64,000 bases of DNA from an uncultured virus (IMG/VR IMGVR_UViG_3300027365_000012) (Duplodnaviria; Heunggongvirae; Uroviricota; Caudoviricetes): the IMG/VR virus record IMGVR_UViG_3300027365_000012; one strand, written 5' to 3'. A model generated the notes under the pieces. It was not told the origin of the DNA and made no database searches. It was given only the letters and a program-made list of their open reading frames with translations. The position numbers were made by a program, and so were the translations under genes. Of this stretch, positions 1 to 9,416 are shown one piece after another (within the stretch, counting starts at the first letter, position 1; each line of letters opens with the position of its first letter).

Positions 1-121
1 CCATCAGGGCGAGTGGAAGCGTTTCGGCTTCGGCCTGTTCATCCTGATCCGTCGCGCCTAACCCCCTAACCCCACCCAAACACACAGCCTGCCGGCGAGA
101 GTCGGCGGGGAGGATTTGCAC

Positions 122-511
122 ATGATCGAAATGAAAACCAGTGAGCTGGAAGGCAAGGCGCTGGATTGGGCGGTGGCCATGTCAGAAGGCGCCACCAACC
201 TGCGCTTCGATACGGTGGCGTGCTGGTGGTTCACCCTCAACGGCAGGGACCGGGTACTGAGTAGCGGCTGGTCAGAGAAACAGAACTACTATCCGTCGAC
301 CGACTGGCGCCAGGGCGGGTCGCTGATCGAGCCGAACCGGATCAGCCTGATGTTGAGACACGACGGATGGTGGATCGCCTGCGTCTACAACATCAATGAC
401 GAGGCGGAGTACATGCAGCTGTCGGACTGCCCACTCGAAGCGGCCATGCGCTGCCTCGTTGCCAGCAAGCTGGGAGATACGGTGCAGGTACCAAAGGAGT
501 TGCTTCCATGA
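122..511 (+). CDS. NinX/DUF2591-family phage protein
   Basis: KTSELEGKALDWAVA...YYPSTDWRQGGSLIE...PLEAAMRCLVASKLG pattern typical of this family; GGAGG RBS upstream. Confidence 0.75.
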   Translation: MIEMKTSELEGKALDWAVAMSEGATNLRFDTVACWWFTLNGRDRVLSSGWSEKQNYYPSTDWRQGGSLIEPNRISLMLRHDGWWIACVYNINDEAEYMQLSDCPLEAAMRCLVASKLGDTVQVPKELLP

Positions 512-834
512 AACCCACCAAACCCAAGAAGTCAACCCGCAAGGACCTGGAGTACCAGGTCCTCGAGCTCAAGGCACAACTGGCCTTCCGCTACGCCTTC
601 GCATCCAGCGACGTCGAGAAGGCCAGCACCAAACACATGATGGGATCCGGCGTCCTGCTGCAGCTCACCGCGCTTGGCGGCCGGGAAATCATCAAGCCAG
701 TGGTCATCCGCGACGGCCTGAGTGACGAGACGATCGAGGCGCTGAAGAAGGACTTGGTCAGCAGCTACGAGCTGGCCACGATGCACAAGCCTACTGCGGA
801 CAAGGAACCTGTAAATACGGGAGGTGCGAAGTGA
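508..834 (+). CDS. hypothetical phage protein
   Basis: ORF coupled to neighbours (ATGA/GTGA overlaps), high GC3. Confidence 0.7.
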   Translation: MKPTKPKKSTRKDLEYQVLELKAQLAFRYAFASSDVEKASTKHMMGSGVLLQLTALGGREIIKPVVIRDGLSDETIEALKKDLVSSYELATMHKPTADKEPVNTGGAK

Positions 835-1118
835 GCGAGAACCAGAAGACGCTACTGCAACAGGCACTCGACATGTTGGAGGAACAGGCGCTGCACATTG
901 AGGCGCCGATGCTCCCCGCAGGAGAAGAGCTGCTGAAGCGTATCCGCGCTGCGATATCACAGCAGGTCGAGCCAGCCCCGGCGCAGTGCCCCGCTGACCT
1001 GCTACTCGGAGACAAGGTGCTCCGCTGGAACCGCCTGCAGATGACCCCGCCGATCGCCATCGGCCAGGAGTACTGGGTGGCCGAGTCGGTGATAAAACTG
1101 GCGAGAGGGGAAAGCTGA
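831..1118 (+). CDS. hypothetical phage protein
   Basis: GGAGG RBS, overlapping start/stop. Confidence 0.65.
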   Translation: MSENQKTLLQQALDMLEEQALHIEAPMLPAGEELLKRIRAAISQQVEPAPAQCPADLLLGDKVLRWNRLQMTPPIAIGQEYWVAESVIKLARGES

Positions 1119-1345
1119 TGAGCCTCATGGAGAACGTTTCCGACGTATACGAGCAGGAAGACGCCCAACGAGTAGAGGCCATTGCATCAACGCTGATGCA
1201 ACAGTTCTACGACCGCGTGCTGACCCAGGAAGCAGGAGAGAGAACCACACTTCGAGCACTAGCCCGCAGGGGTGAGCCACGAGCAGCTCGCTGCGTCCAG
1301 GCCGCTGCGGTGATCGTCAATTTCATGCGAGAGGAGCTGACGTGA
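1118..1345 (+). CDS. hypothetical phage protein
   Basis: TGATG coupling. Confidence 0.6.
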   Translation: MSLMENVSDVYEQEDAQRVEAIASTLMQQFYDRVLTQEAGERTTLRALARRGEPRAARCVQAAAVIVNFMREELT

Positions 1346-1575
1346 TGGCTGACGACTACATCTACGACGTGCACCACGTCGCCCGCGACTACGACCGCAG
1401 CCTGATTTGCCGCTGCCCACACTGCCAAGAGATCACCGGCTTAGATGGCGACGACGTGGAGGACGTCCAGGGCGAGCAGTACAAGTGCCGCTGCGGAGGC
1501 TGGTTCCAGATCGACAGCTGCGCCCGCCGCGTGAAGGGCGAGTTGCCGGCAAACAAGGGGATTCCCGATGAGTGA
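1342..1575 (+). CDS. small Zn-ribbon protein
   Basis: CPHC...CRCG cysteine pairs; GAGGAG RBS. Confidence 0.65.
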   Translation: MMADDYIYDVHHVARDYDRSLICRCPHCQEITGLDGDDVEDVQGEQYKCRCGGWFQIDSCARRVKGELPANKGIPDE

Positions 1576-1753
1576 GCCACGCCGATTCCTCGTCGGCCAG
1601 ATCGTCCGCTGCCCAGCCGACCGCGGCGACGCCGGCTACCAAGGCACCGTCGTCAGCGTAGGTGAGCCCCTGCAAGGCAAGGACTACCGGTGGATCGAGG
1701 TGCGCCACCCCAAAGGTACCAAACACGTCTGGCCGTCGAATCGGCTGGGCTGA
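1568..1753 (+). CDS. hypothetical small protein
   Basis: Coupled ORF, high GC3. Confidence 0.6.
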   Translation: MSEPRRFLVGQIVRCPADRGDAGYQGTVVSVGEPLQGKDYRWIEVRHPKGTKHVWPSNRLG

Positions 1754-1796
1754 CCCTGACCTGTAAATAAAGCAATAAGCATATAAGGAATTTCAC

Positions 1797-2279
1797 ATGG
1801 ACACCCGCAAACTGATCGTCACCAACCCCGACGGCATGACCGCCAAAGGCCCTGCCGATCGACTCGAGCACCTGCTTCTCAACCTCTGCGGAGGTGGCCG
1901 GAACGCCAACGAAACCGCCGAGGCCATGCGCCTCGGCCAGATCGTCCGCAGCGGTGGAACCGCCGAGAAGAAGGGCTGGAAACTGCGCCTGGAGACCCGC
2001 TACACCCTCGTGGTGGCTCCGGGCAACAGCCAATGCCGCCTCTACCTGATGCCCTACCCCATGCGTGATGGCCAGCACCCGATGCACCTGGCGCAGCGCT
2101 TCCAGGACGAGTGGGAAGAGGTAGGGATGCTCAACAGCCAGTTGAAGGTCGTGTGCCTGGACAAGCGCCTGCATCACCTGCACAGCGAGCTGGAAGGCTC
2201 GATGGGCGGCACCTACTTCGAGCTGGACGAGGACTTCCAATTCGTCGACGGACCGGCGCTGGCTGAAGGAGTAGCGTGA
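1797..2279 (+). CDS. hypothetical phage protein
   Basis: AAGGA RBS, strong codon bias. Confidence 0.7.
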   Translation: MDTRKLIVTNPDGMTAKGPADRLEHLLLNLCGGGRNANETAEAMRLGQIVRSGGTAEKKGWKLRLETRYTLVVAPGNSQCRLYLMPYPMRDGQHPMHLAQRFQDEWEEVGMLNSQLKVVCLDKRLHHLHSELEGSMGGTYFELDEDFQFVDGPALAEGVA

Positions 2280-2497
2280 TGACCACCCTCTACGTCGACG
2301 GCGTGCCACACACCGTGGTGCGCGAGATCCCCGGAACGATGGCCGACCACGGCTTCCAGCGCATCGTCCTGGCCAAAGAAGACGGCGTGCCCTACATGCA
2401 GATCAGCGTGCCGGCCCAGTGGTACCAGCGGCGCATGCGCGCCGGGGTAATCACCGGTGGAAGTCACCTCTCCTTCCGCGCCGGAGGTGGCCAATGA
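2276..2497 (+). CDS. hypothetical phage protein
   Basis: AAGGAG RBS, coupled ORF. Confidence 0.65.
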   Translation: MMTTLYVDGVPHTVVREIPGTMADHGFQRIVLAKEDGVPYMQISVPAQWYQRRMRAGVITGGSHLSFRAGGGQ

Positions 2498-2637
2498 CCT
2501 GGAAACCCCAACCGATGGGCGCCCGCGGCCTCGACCAGCGCCTCACCAATCGTTGCGACATCTGCGGCCGGCGCCGCGGCGGTGGCAACAAGATCGATCA
2601 CAGCAAATGTGCCCGCCTGCGGCAGAAGCGAGGTTGA
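2494..2637 (+). CDS. small basic Cys/His protein
   Basis: GGAGG RBS; CDICG...HSKC. Confidence 0.55.
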   Translation: MTWKPQPMGARGLDQRLTNRCDICGRRRGGGNKIDHSKCARLRQKRG

Positions 2638-2639
2638 CC

Positions 2640-3176
2640 ATGAAAATCCACACATTCACCACCGGCCGCGAATACACCAAGCACGGCCAGCGCGTCGCCT
2701 GGGCGCTCCTGCTGCGTGAAGTCGGTGGAGGCAATATCGTCGCCTTCGTCGACGCCGATCGCGGCGTCAGCAACGTGGTGCGCGTCGACGGGCACATGCT
2801 GCCGGACAACCTCGACGTGCTGAACCAGTACGACAAGTGCGCCTACCTGCGCAACTACCTGATCCCGGGTGACGTCGAGGATGCGCTGCGCGAGGCGGCA
2901 CTGAAGCATGTGGAAGGGTCATCGTGGTGTGCAGAAACCTCCAGCACAACCCATGACGGGCTTCCAGTATGTGAGAGCTGCGCGGATAACGGGGAATTGA
3001 CGCCCGCAACAAAGATGGTCCCATCCTCCCCGGACCAAGGAAAGACCGTTGCATTCTCGCCAGTATGCGCGGCGCACGCCGCCGGCTGGTGGGACGGAGC
3101 CGACTGGGACGGGAGGCACCTGGAGACCCCGCTCTCAGGTCAGACTGCCGCAGGGAACAGGAAGGAGTTCTGCTGA
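2640..3176 (+). CDS. hypothetical protein, possibly two fused modules
   Basis: GAGG RBS before ATG 2640; C-terminal Cys cluster. Confidence 0.6.
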   Translation: MKIHTFTTGREYTKHGQRVAWALLLREVGGGNIVAFVDADRGVSNVVRVDGHMLPDNLDVLNQYDKCAYLRNYLIPGDVEDALREAALKHVEGSSWCAETSSTTHDGLPVCESCADNGELTPATKMVPSSPDQGKTVAFSPVCAAHAAGWWDGADWDGRHLETPLSGQTAAGNRKEFC

Positions 3177-3802
3177 TGCCCGCCCTCAAACAATACCTCA
3201 TCTACACCTTCGACGAGCTCTCCGAGTCCGCGAAGGAAAAAGCCCGCGAGTGGTACCGAGACGGCCAGCTCGACTACGACTGGTGGGAGTTCGTCTACGA
3301 CGACGCCGACAAGATCGCCTCGATCATCGGCATCGACATTGACCGCAAAGGCAAGAACACGCCGGCTATCTACTTCAGCGGCTTCTGGAGCCAAGGCGAC
3401 GGCGCCTGCTTCGAGGGCTCGTACCGCTACAAGAAGGGATGGCGGAAAGAGCTGGCCGAATACGCACCGCGGATCGGGACCAACATCGAGGTCTGGCAAA
3501 TCGCCGAAGCGCTGCAGGCCGTCCAGGCGCGCCATTTCTACAAGCTGGAGGCAACCTGCCGGCAGCGCGGCCACTACCAGCACAGCGGCTGCATGAGCGT
3601 CGACGTGGAACACGCCGAGGATCGCTACCGAGACATCGGCGACGCCGAGGGCGAGATTCGAGACCAGCTCCGACTATTCGCCGACTGGATCTACGGCCGC
3701 CTCGAGCAGGAGCACGACTGGCTCACGAGCGACGAGCAGGTCGACGAGGCGATCCGCGCCAATGAGTACACGTTCAACGAAGATGGAGGGTGGGAAGGAT
3801 GA
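3176..3802 (+). CDS. acidic/aromatic conserved mobile-element protein (family often auto-annotated 'antitoxin of TA stability system')
   Basis: YTFDELSESAKEKAREWY...YFSGFWSQGDGACFEG...ANEYTF motif pattern. Confidence 0.65.
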   Translation: MPALKQYLIYTFDELSESAKEKAREWYRDGQLDYDWWEFVYDDADKIASIIGIDIDRKGKNTPAIYFSGFWSQGDGACFEGSYRYKKGWRKELAEYAPRIGTNIEVWQIAEALQAVQARHFYKLEATCRQRGHYQHSGCMSVDVEHAEDRYRDIGDAEGEIRDQLRLFADWIYGRLEQEHDWLTSDEQVDEAIRANEYTFNEDGGWEG

Positions 3803-4137
3803 GTACACATCAAGAAGGTGATCGGTCAGCCACCAGAATGTTCACCCTGTGCTACCTCGACACCTGTCTGCCCGACTACTTCCAGGGTTTCCGCGGCGAG
3901 GTGCTGGCCGTACCACTGAGCAGGCACCCACGCTGCGGAGAGGTCTTGAAAGACCTGCTGCACGAGATCGGTGCCCGCGAGTTTTTCATCGACGGCGAGT
4001 ACGCCCCTGACGATATCTACGAGCAGCTTCGAGAGTCTGCCCAGGAGATTTTCGCAACGCTGGACCGCCGCAAACGCTGGTCGGCTCAGGGTGACCTGAG
4101 CGAGTCGTATGCCTACTTCGGAATCATGGAGGTGTAA
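3799..4137 (+). CDS. hypothetical phage protein
   Basis: Coupled ORF. Confidence 0.6.
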   Translation: MSTHQEGDRSATRMFTLCYLDTCLPDYFQGFRGEVLAVPLSRHPRCGEVLKDLLHEIGAREFFIDGEYAPDDIYEQLRESAQEIFATLDRRKRWSAQGDLSESYAYFGIMEV

Positions 4138-4140
4138 CCG

Positions 4141-4716
4141 ATGAAGATTGAGCCCATGCGCTTCACCAACTACTACCGCCACTGCGACACCAATTGGCAG
4201 GACACCTGGTCCTGCCAGTGCAACGACGAATGCCCGGTCTGCGGCGCCGAGATCGAGCCGTATGAGTCGGAAGACCTACCGCGCGACTTCAAGGTGGTCT
4301 TCTACGCCGCCGGCGACGAGGAGATGGACGAGATGCACGAGTTCTACTGCCAGGCGGTCAGCGAGGAAGACGCCGAGGAGCAGTGCCTGGCTGCGAATCC
4401 TGGCTGCACGACCACCCATATTGAGGAGAGTGAGGGAGCTCTAATGGCCGTCCAGATCCCCGCCAAAGCCCCAATCCACCGCCTCGGCATCGACGTTGAG
4501 ACCCACTCCGCAAGCGCTCTGGTGCGCCGACTTGCTCAGTTGAAGACGACTTTCAACATCATCAAGGCTGGCTCCTACCACGAGGACCCCGGCTACACCC
4601 AGGTCTGGGTCGACACCCGCATGACCGAGGCGGAGCTGGAGGACTGGCTCTACCGCGCCAAGGGCATCGACTACGTCGGCGTCTGGCAGCGCCGCGAGGA
4701 TCAAGTCGCGGCCTGA
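4141..4716 (+). CDS. hypothetical protein with N-terminal Cys cluster
   Basis: WSCQCNDECPVCG; GGAGG RBS. Confidence 0.65.
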   Translation: MKIEPMRFTNYYRHCDTNWQDTWSCQCNDECPVCGAEIEPYESEDLPRDFKVVFYAAGDEEMDEMHEFYCQAVSEEDAEEQCLAANPGCTTTHIEESEGALMAVQIPAKAPIHRLGIDVETHSASALVRRLAQLKTTFNIIKAGSYHEDPGYTQVWVDTRMTEAELEDWLYRAKGIDYVGVWQRREDQVAA

Positions 4717-4743
4717 CCCCTGTAATTACAGGAGTAAGCATCT

Positions 4744-4887
4744 ATGGCCTGGCAGATCTTGTATCGCCGGAACGGGCACTGGCTGCCCGGGAAACCTCAC
4801 CAGCAAAAGAAGGACGCCACCGATCAAGCCGTTCGTGAATGGCAGCGACAGGCGTTTGAAGGATATCAACTGAAGGAATTGAAGTGA
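4744..4887 (+). CDS. small hypothetical protein (47 aa, below ORF-track cutoff)
   Basis: MAWQILYRRNGHWLPGKPHQQKKDATDQAVREWQRQAFEGYQLKELK; AGGAG RBS. Confidence 0.55.
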   Translation: MAWQILYRRNGHWLPGKPHQQKKDATDQAVREWQRQAFEGYQLKELK

Positions 4888-5099
4888 TGATCAACCAGAT
4901 TGAGTCGTATCGCGACGCCGGCCGTCGTGCAGCCAAGGCAATGAATGTACAGGACATCGCTCTATATGACCACGAGCATCGCTGGTATCGCCAGGCGCGC
5001 TCCCTGGAGCGCACAGAGGATCTGCCAGAGGTAGACGCCGCCTACCGGGCCGGTTGGGACGAAGTCCGCAACGCCCCCACGTTCACGCCATTTCGCTGA
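4884..5099 (+). CDS. hypothetical phage protein
   Basis: Coupled ORF. Confidence 0.6.
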   Translation: MMINQIESYRDAGRRAAKAMNVQDIALYDHEHRWYRQARSLERTEDLPEVDAAYRAGWDEVRNAPTFTPFR

Positions 5100-5109
5100 G
5101 GAGCAGGCT

Positions 5110-5340
5110 ATGCAAAGCATCAGAACCCTGGCCCGCCGAGCGTACAAGAATCGGTACGCGTTCGACCGGGTAACTGTAACCAAAACAGGTGAACTCAAAG
5201 GCATTTTTAATGGGTTCACCCCCATAAAGCTCGGCCACATCGACGACTGCCGAGCGGTACTCAACGAGCGGCGCACAGGCGTCCGTTTCTACAACCGGGA
5301 CTTTCTTGTCTTCACGTTCGGACCGGAGGTCGCATGCTAA
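5110..5340 (+). CDS. hypothetical phage protein
   Basis: GAGGAG RBS. Confidence 0.55.
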   Translation: MQSIRTLARRAYKNRYAFDRVTVTKTGELKGIFNGFTPIKLGHIDDCRAVLNERRTGVRFYNRDFLVFTFGPEVAC

Positions 5341-5972
5341 CCACCATCCCCTTCTCAGGCTTCTACAACAGCCTCCACGACAGCAGTCTCGACGACGCGC
5401 TGGACCAGATGTTCTCCGACCCCGCCACCGGCTGTTGGGTCAACCACAAGCTCCGCGACCGGGCCTTCGGCGCCTGCCAATGGGGGCTCGTGCACGGCAA
5501 CTACGCCGCGGCGTATGCCAAGGCGCTGGCTGACGAGTTCAAGATCGCCCTGACCTTCGAGTCGCTGAAATCGCCGCGCGAGTACAACTTCGACACCGAC
5601 CGGATCTTCTGTGAGATCGAGCTGGACGAAGTGAAGCGCATCCGCGCCGAGACCAGCGAGAAGGCGCTCCGCGACAAGGTGCGCGAGCGATTCACTCCCT
5701 GCGACGGCTTCATTCCCTTCTACTCGGCCAACCTCGATGAATGGGACGAGATAGAGACCTGGGACCACAACGAGGTCGGCACGCTGATCGCTGCCTACGT
5801 AGAGCAGGAGTCCGAGCAGCTGCGCGGCGACACGTTCGACCAGTTCGCCGAGCACGACCTCATGGAGTCGGCTCGCTGCAACGGAAGGCTGGATGAGTGG
5901 ATCATCCAGGCCACGCCTGACATCGGCCGGCTGCTCACCATTCACAACTACCTGCAGGAGCGCGCGGCATGA
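5334..5972 (+). CDS. acidic hypothetical phage protein
   Basis: TTIPFSGFY...SPREYNFDTDRIF motif; GGAGG RBS. Confidence 0.7.
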   Translation: MLTTIPFSGFYNSLHDSSLDDALDQMFSDPATGCWVNHKLRDRAFGACQWGLVHGNYAAAYAKALADEFKIALTFESLKSPREYNFDTDRIFCEIELDEVKRIRAETSEKALRDKVRERFTPCDGFIPFYSANLDEWDEIETWDHNEVGTLIAAYVEQESEQLRGDTFDQFAEHDLMESARCNGRLDEWIIQATPDIGRLLTIHNYLQERAA

Positions 5973-6166
5973 CCTGGAAATGCCCTAAGTGCAGAGGTGA
6001 CAACCTAACCGTAGTCGTCGAGGTTGAGGCCCGACTGTTCCAAGACGACGACGGTAACTTTGAGACAGAACCAACCCATCACCACGAGTGGGGCCGCACC
6101 TCGTCCATGAAGTGCCGTGAGTGCGACCACTGTGGAAATGCAGGGCAGTTCGAGGTGACGCCATGA
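5969..6166 (+). CDS. small Zn-finger protein
   Basis: CPKC...CRECDHC. Confidence 0.6.
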   Translation: MTWKCPKCRGDNLTVVVEVEARLFQDDDGNFETEPTHHHEWGRTSSMKCRECDHCGNAGQFEVTP

Positions 6167-6447
6167 ACCGCCCCGAACTCTGCGACATCTCCTTCGTGGT
6201 CGACGACGCGCTGGCCGAGCACCCGGTCTCTGCCATCAAGGACCGCCACGACGTGACCTACGTCGGCTACCAGGCCGGCTTCGAGATGCTCTTCGTGGCG
6301 GTGATCAGCTGCCTGCCAGGCTGCGTGGTCGAGCCTGACGAAGCCTGCGAGATCGCCACCGACCTGCTGCTCGAGAAGAAGTGGTTCGCCGACTGCAGCC
6401 AGACGGAGCCGTCGATCGTTTTCCCGCCGGTTCGGTCGGCGGCTTAG
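6163..6447 (+). CDS. hypothetical phage protein
   Basis: GAGG RBS, coupled ORF. Confidence 0.6.
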   Translation: MNRPELCDISFVVDDALAEHPVSAIKDRHDVTYVGYQAGFEMLFVAVISCLPGCVVEPDEACEIATDLLLEKKWFADCSQTEPSIVFPPVRSAA

Positions 6448-6471
6448 AACTGTAATTACAGGAGTAACACG

Positions 6472-6870
6472 ATGTCACTTCAAGCGGAAAAATTGGCCCT
6501 CGGCCTGATCCTGGGCAGCCTGCACAACATGGGCTGGGAACACTATGAGCTGGACGACGGCGAAGGCTGGGAGTTCGTCGGCGACAAGTCGATCGAGCAG
6601 GTCGTCGAAGACTGTGCCGCCGTAGACGACTGTAGCCTTCGCCTCCTCAAGGACGGCCGCAAGACCGCCGTTATGCTGATCGTCTGGGGCAACAGCCCGA
6701 GCGAGTTGATCGCCGACCACAGCTGCAGTAACGGCTTTGAAGAAGCTGTCGACGCCGCGCTGAAGGCACTCTGGCCGGCGTGGCCATTCGTGGATGAAGG
6801 CCATGAGACGGAAGGATACCTGCGGCTGCAGATTCACGGCCGACAGGTCGCGGCCGAGGCGGGGAACTGA
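6472..6870 (+). CDS. hypothetical phage protein
   Basis: AGGAG RBS. Confidence 0.65.
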   Translation: MSLQAEKLALGLILGSLHNMGWEHYELDDGEGWEFVGDKSIEQVVEDCAAVDDCSLRLLKDGRKTAVMLIVWGNSPSELIADHSCSNGFEEAVDAALKALWPAWPFVDEGHETEGYLRLQIHGRQVAAEAGN

Positions 6871-6873
6871 CCC

Positions 6874-7092
6874 ATGCCAACCAACATCTCAACGCCACTG
6901 CCCCTCTACGAACTCATCGTCGGCAACATCGGCACCGTCTACCTCGGCCCGCTCGAGACCACCGCCAGGATGGATTTCAACGAGTACGTCAGGCTCAGCA
7001 AAGCCGGCTACGGCCGAGTAGCAGGCGAACCGGTCACCCTGTTCAAGGACGGCGAGATCATCAAAGAACACGCCCCTGAACTCGTCGACTGA
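6874..7092 (+). CDS. hypothetical phage protein
   Basis: ORF with phage codon bias. Confidence 0.6.
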   Translation: MPTNISTPLPLYELIVGNIGTVYLGPLETTARMDFNEYVRLSKAGYGRVAGEPVTLFKDGEIIKEHAPELVD

Positions 7093-7121
7093 ACCGTATT
7101 TACAGCATTAAGGAGATAAGT

Positions 7122-7748
7122 ATGGAAACTATGCGCATCTACGTCGCATGCCTTGCCAGCTACAACAACGGCCGACTGCACGGAGCCTGGTTCGACCTCG
7201 ACGACTACGTCGATGCCGAGGATCTGAGCAAGGCCGTGAAGGAGCAGGTGCTCCTCACCAGCTCTTACCCGAACGTGATGGTCGAGTGCATTGCCTGCGG
7301 CGGTGACGGCATCAACCCCAACGAATCCGACAGCATCTGCAAGGCCTGCCACGGCACCGGTGAAGTCCCGTCCGCTGAAGAAACAGCGATTCATGATCAT
7401 GAAGGCTTCCCCGAGGGCAGCGTCGGCGAGTACACCAGCTTCGGCAAGCTCTACGAGATCCGCGACCGAATCGCCGAGGCCGAGGAAGAGTTCGGCGACG
7501 ACGGCCAGGAGATCCTGGAGGCGTTCGAACACTGTTTCGGTACCAACGACACGCCGATCAGCACCATCCGCGACGCCTACCGCGGCAAGTACGGCAGTGG
7601 TGCCGAGATGGAGCAGGAGTTCGCTATCGAAACCGGCCAGATCAAGGAAGACAGCCCCTATTTCCACTACATCGACTGGGAGCGGGTCTGGGCGGACGAC
7701 TGCGACATCAGCGAGCACAACGGCCACTTTTTCTGGAGCAACTGGTAA
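7122..7748 (+). CDS. ardA: antirestriction protein ArdA with inserted CxxCxGxG zinc-finger
   Basis: RIYVACLASYNNGRLHGAWFD N-terminus, EETAIHDHEGF, YIDWE C-terminus, strongly acidic. Confidence 0.85.
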   Translation: METMRIYVACLASYNNGRLHGAWFDLDDYVDAEDLSKAVKEQVLLTSSYPNVMVECIACGGDGINPNESDSICKACHGTGEVPSAEETAIHDHEGFPEGSVGEYTSFGKLYEIRDRIAEAEEEFGDDGQEILEAFEHCFGTNDTPISTIRDAYRGKYGSGAEMEQEFAIETGQIKEDSPYFHYIDWERVWADDCDISEHNGHFFWSNW

Positions 7749-7984
7749 TGAAATTCACAGGATTTAAGGTAGTTCCCTCGATCCGGGTTCGCTTCTTCGA
7801 CGAGAGTTGGAGGCAGCATGCTGATGACCCCACGCCGCGGTGACTACGTCCGCCGGGCCGACAACCACACCATCACCGGCATCATCCTCAAGGTGAACCG
7901 CAACGGCACGATGGACGTTCAAGGCCCATTCCGCCCTCTTATCAACGAAAAGATCAGTGACTGGCAGCTTGCCAGAGGTGAAGC

Positions 7985-8236
7985 ATGAACCGATTCGAAA
8001 CCGCAAAAATCGCCCAGGCCGGTGCCTGCAATCCCATCCCCCTCGCCCGTGGCCTGCAGCAGGCGATCTACGAGATCCGAGACGCCGGCGGCGACACCAA
8101 CGCGATACTCGAAGACCCCGCCTGCCGGCTGATCGTCCACCAGCTGGCCCACCTGTTCAACGTCCTTGACTTCCGTGACTACAGTGAGGCCTTTGGAAAG
8201 GTGGAGGCCGCATGCGCAGCCGGATCGAAGAGCTGA
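7985..8236 (+). CDS. hypothetical phage protein
   Basis: GAGG RBS, high GC3. Confidence 0.6.
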   Translation: MNRFETAKIAQAGACNPIPLARGLQQAIYEIRDAGGDTNAILEDPACRLIVHQLAHLFNVLDFRDYSEAFGKVEAACAAGSKS

Positions 8237-8403
8237 GGGAGGAGATCGATGAGCTCTACAAGAGGTGGGACCCGGCCGGGCTCAGTGCAGAGGAGTTCCA
8301 TCGACTCGACGACCGGATCTATGTGTTGGAAGAAGAGCTGATCCGCCTGCTCCAGGAGAACAGGTCATGCCAGAGAAATACGCCAAGATCGTCCACCAAC
8401 TAG
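8212..8403 (+). CDS. hypothetical coiled-coil protein
   Basis: GGAGG RBS. Confidence 0.45.
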   Translation: MRSRIEELREEIDELYKRWDPAGLSAEEFHRLDDRIYVLEEELIRLLQENRSCQRNTPRSSTN

Positions 8404-8723
8404 CCCACCACCAGTCGTCTATCTTCCCAGGTGCGTGGTGGCTCTCCAACCGGTACAGGGTTGTCGACGTCGAAGGCAGAGACCTCTTGGACCCGGCAGA
8501 ATGGCCAGCCTTCAAGAAGGTGGCCAGACGCCGCGCCGAAAGCCTCGGCTACAAGCTGGTCGGCGACGAGCTGCAGCGGGAGACGCGGAAGGTCGTCTAC
8601 CGGCGCGCGGCCGACTTCGACCTGGCCCTGTCGATAAAAAGGGCTTGCTGGAAGGAAGGTAATGAGTGCTTCGTGCACAAGCACGAGGACGGCTCATTCA
8701 GCACCTGGGAGGTCTGGTCATAG
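8367..8723 (+). CDS. hypothetical phage protein
   Basis: AGGAG RBS before ATG 8367. Confidence 0.6.
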   Translation: MPEKYAKIVHQLAHHQSSIFPGAWWLSNRYRVVDVEGRDLLDPAEWPAFKKVARRRAESLGYKLVGDELQRETRKVVYRRAADFDLALSIKRACWKEGNECFVHKHEDGSFSTWEVWS

Positions 8724-8778
8724 CCCCAGACCTGTATTACTGTATTTCCTTATTAAATTAGAAATTGGAGCTCACTAT

Positions 8779-9083
8779 ATGACCCTGACGAAAGAAGTCC
8801 GCAAAGACCTGGCCGCTAAGCTCACCGCCAAGGCGATCGAGAAGCACGCGCCGGCGTAGCCATGGGCGTTCCAGCGAGGTTCCTGGCCGGCTGGGTAATG
8901 GCCGCCTATACCACCGGCACCTGCCTCCAGCTGATGGCGCCGGTGGTAGCTGGGCCGCTTCCTGAGCCAGCCCCTCCGCACAACTGCCCAGACAAAGACG
9001 TCATCCACGGCGTCGGGTCTGACCTACGTAGCTACCAGCGAGTGGTGGACCTCTGCTCGCTCGAAGGCATGAAGCGCCGATAG
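8779..9083 (+). pseudogene. probable disrupted gene (26-aa ORF followed by an out-of-frame ORF)
   Basis: GGAG RBS and good codon usage, but stop at 8857-8859. Confidence 0.35.
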
Positions 9084-9119
9084 AGCGCACAGTAGAAGAA
9101 AAATTGAATATTGAAGGAA

Positions 9120-9350
9120 ATGAATATGCAAATCACAGCCAAACGCACACCACAAGGGCCCATCTACTTCCGAGACGGACAGCCGATCACCTGGAGGGAG
9201 GTGGCCGCTGAGACAGGCCTCGACCGCAGCCTATCCAGGCTACTGCTGAAAAAAGCCGCCGCATCCGGGGAGGAGATCCAAGACTTGCGGAGCTGGCGAG
9301 ACCGCAACGTGCTCATCTGGAAGCTCGAAAACGAGTTCATGTCCGCCTAG
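9120..9350 (+). CDS. hypothetical HTH-like protein
   Basis: ITWREVAAETGLDRSLSRLL; AAGGA RBS. Confidence 0.55.
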   Translation: MNMQITAKRTPQGPIYFRDGQPITWREVAAETGLDRSLSRLLLKKAAASGEEIQDLRSWRDRNVLIWKLENEFMSA

Positions 9351-9416
9351 CCGTATTCCTGTATTTACACAAATACGCAAAACCATTAGGATTACCAAGC
9401 TAGGACAAGCAAAGAC

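Noticed and set aside
3176..3802. Toxin-antitoxin module
   Set aside because: The family label is an unreliable auto-annotation, and no recognisable toxin is adjacent.
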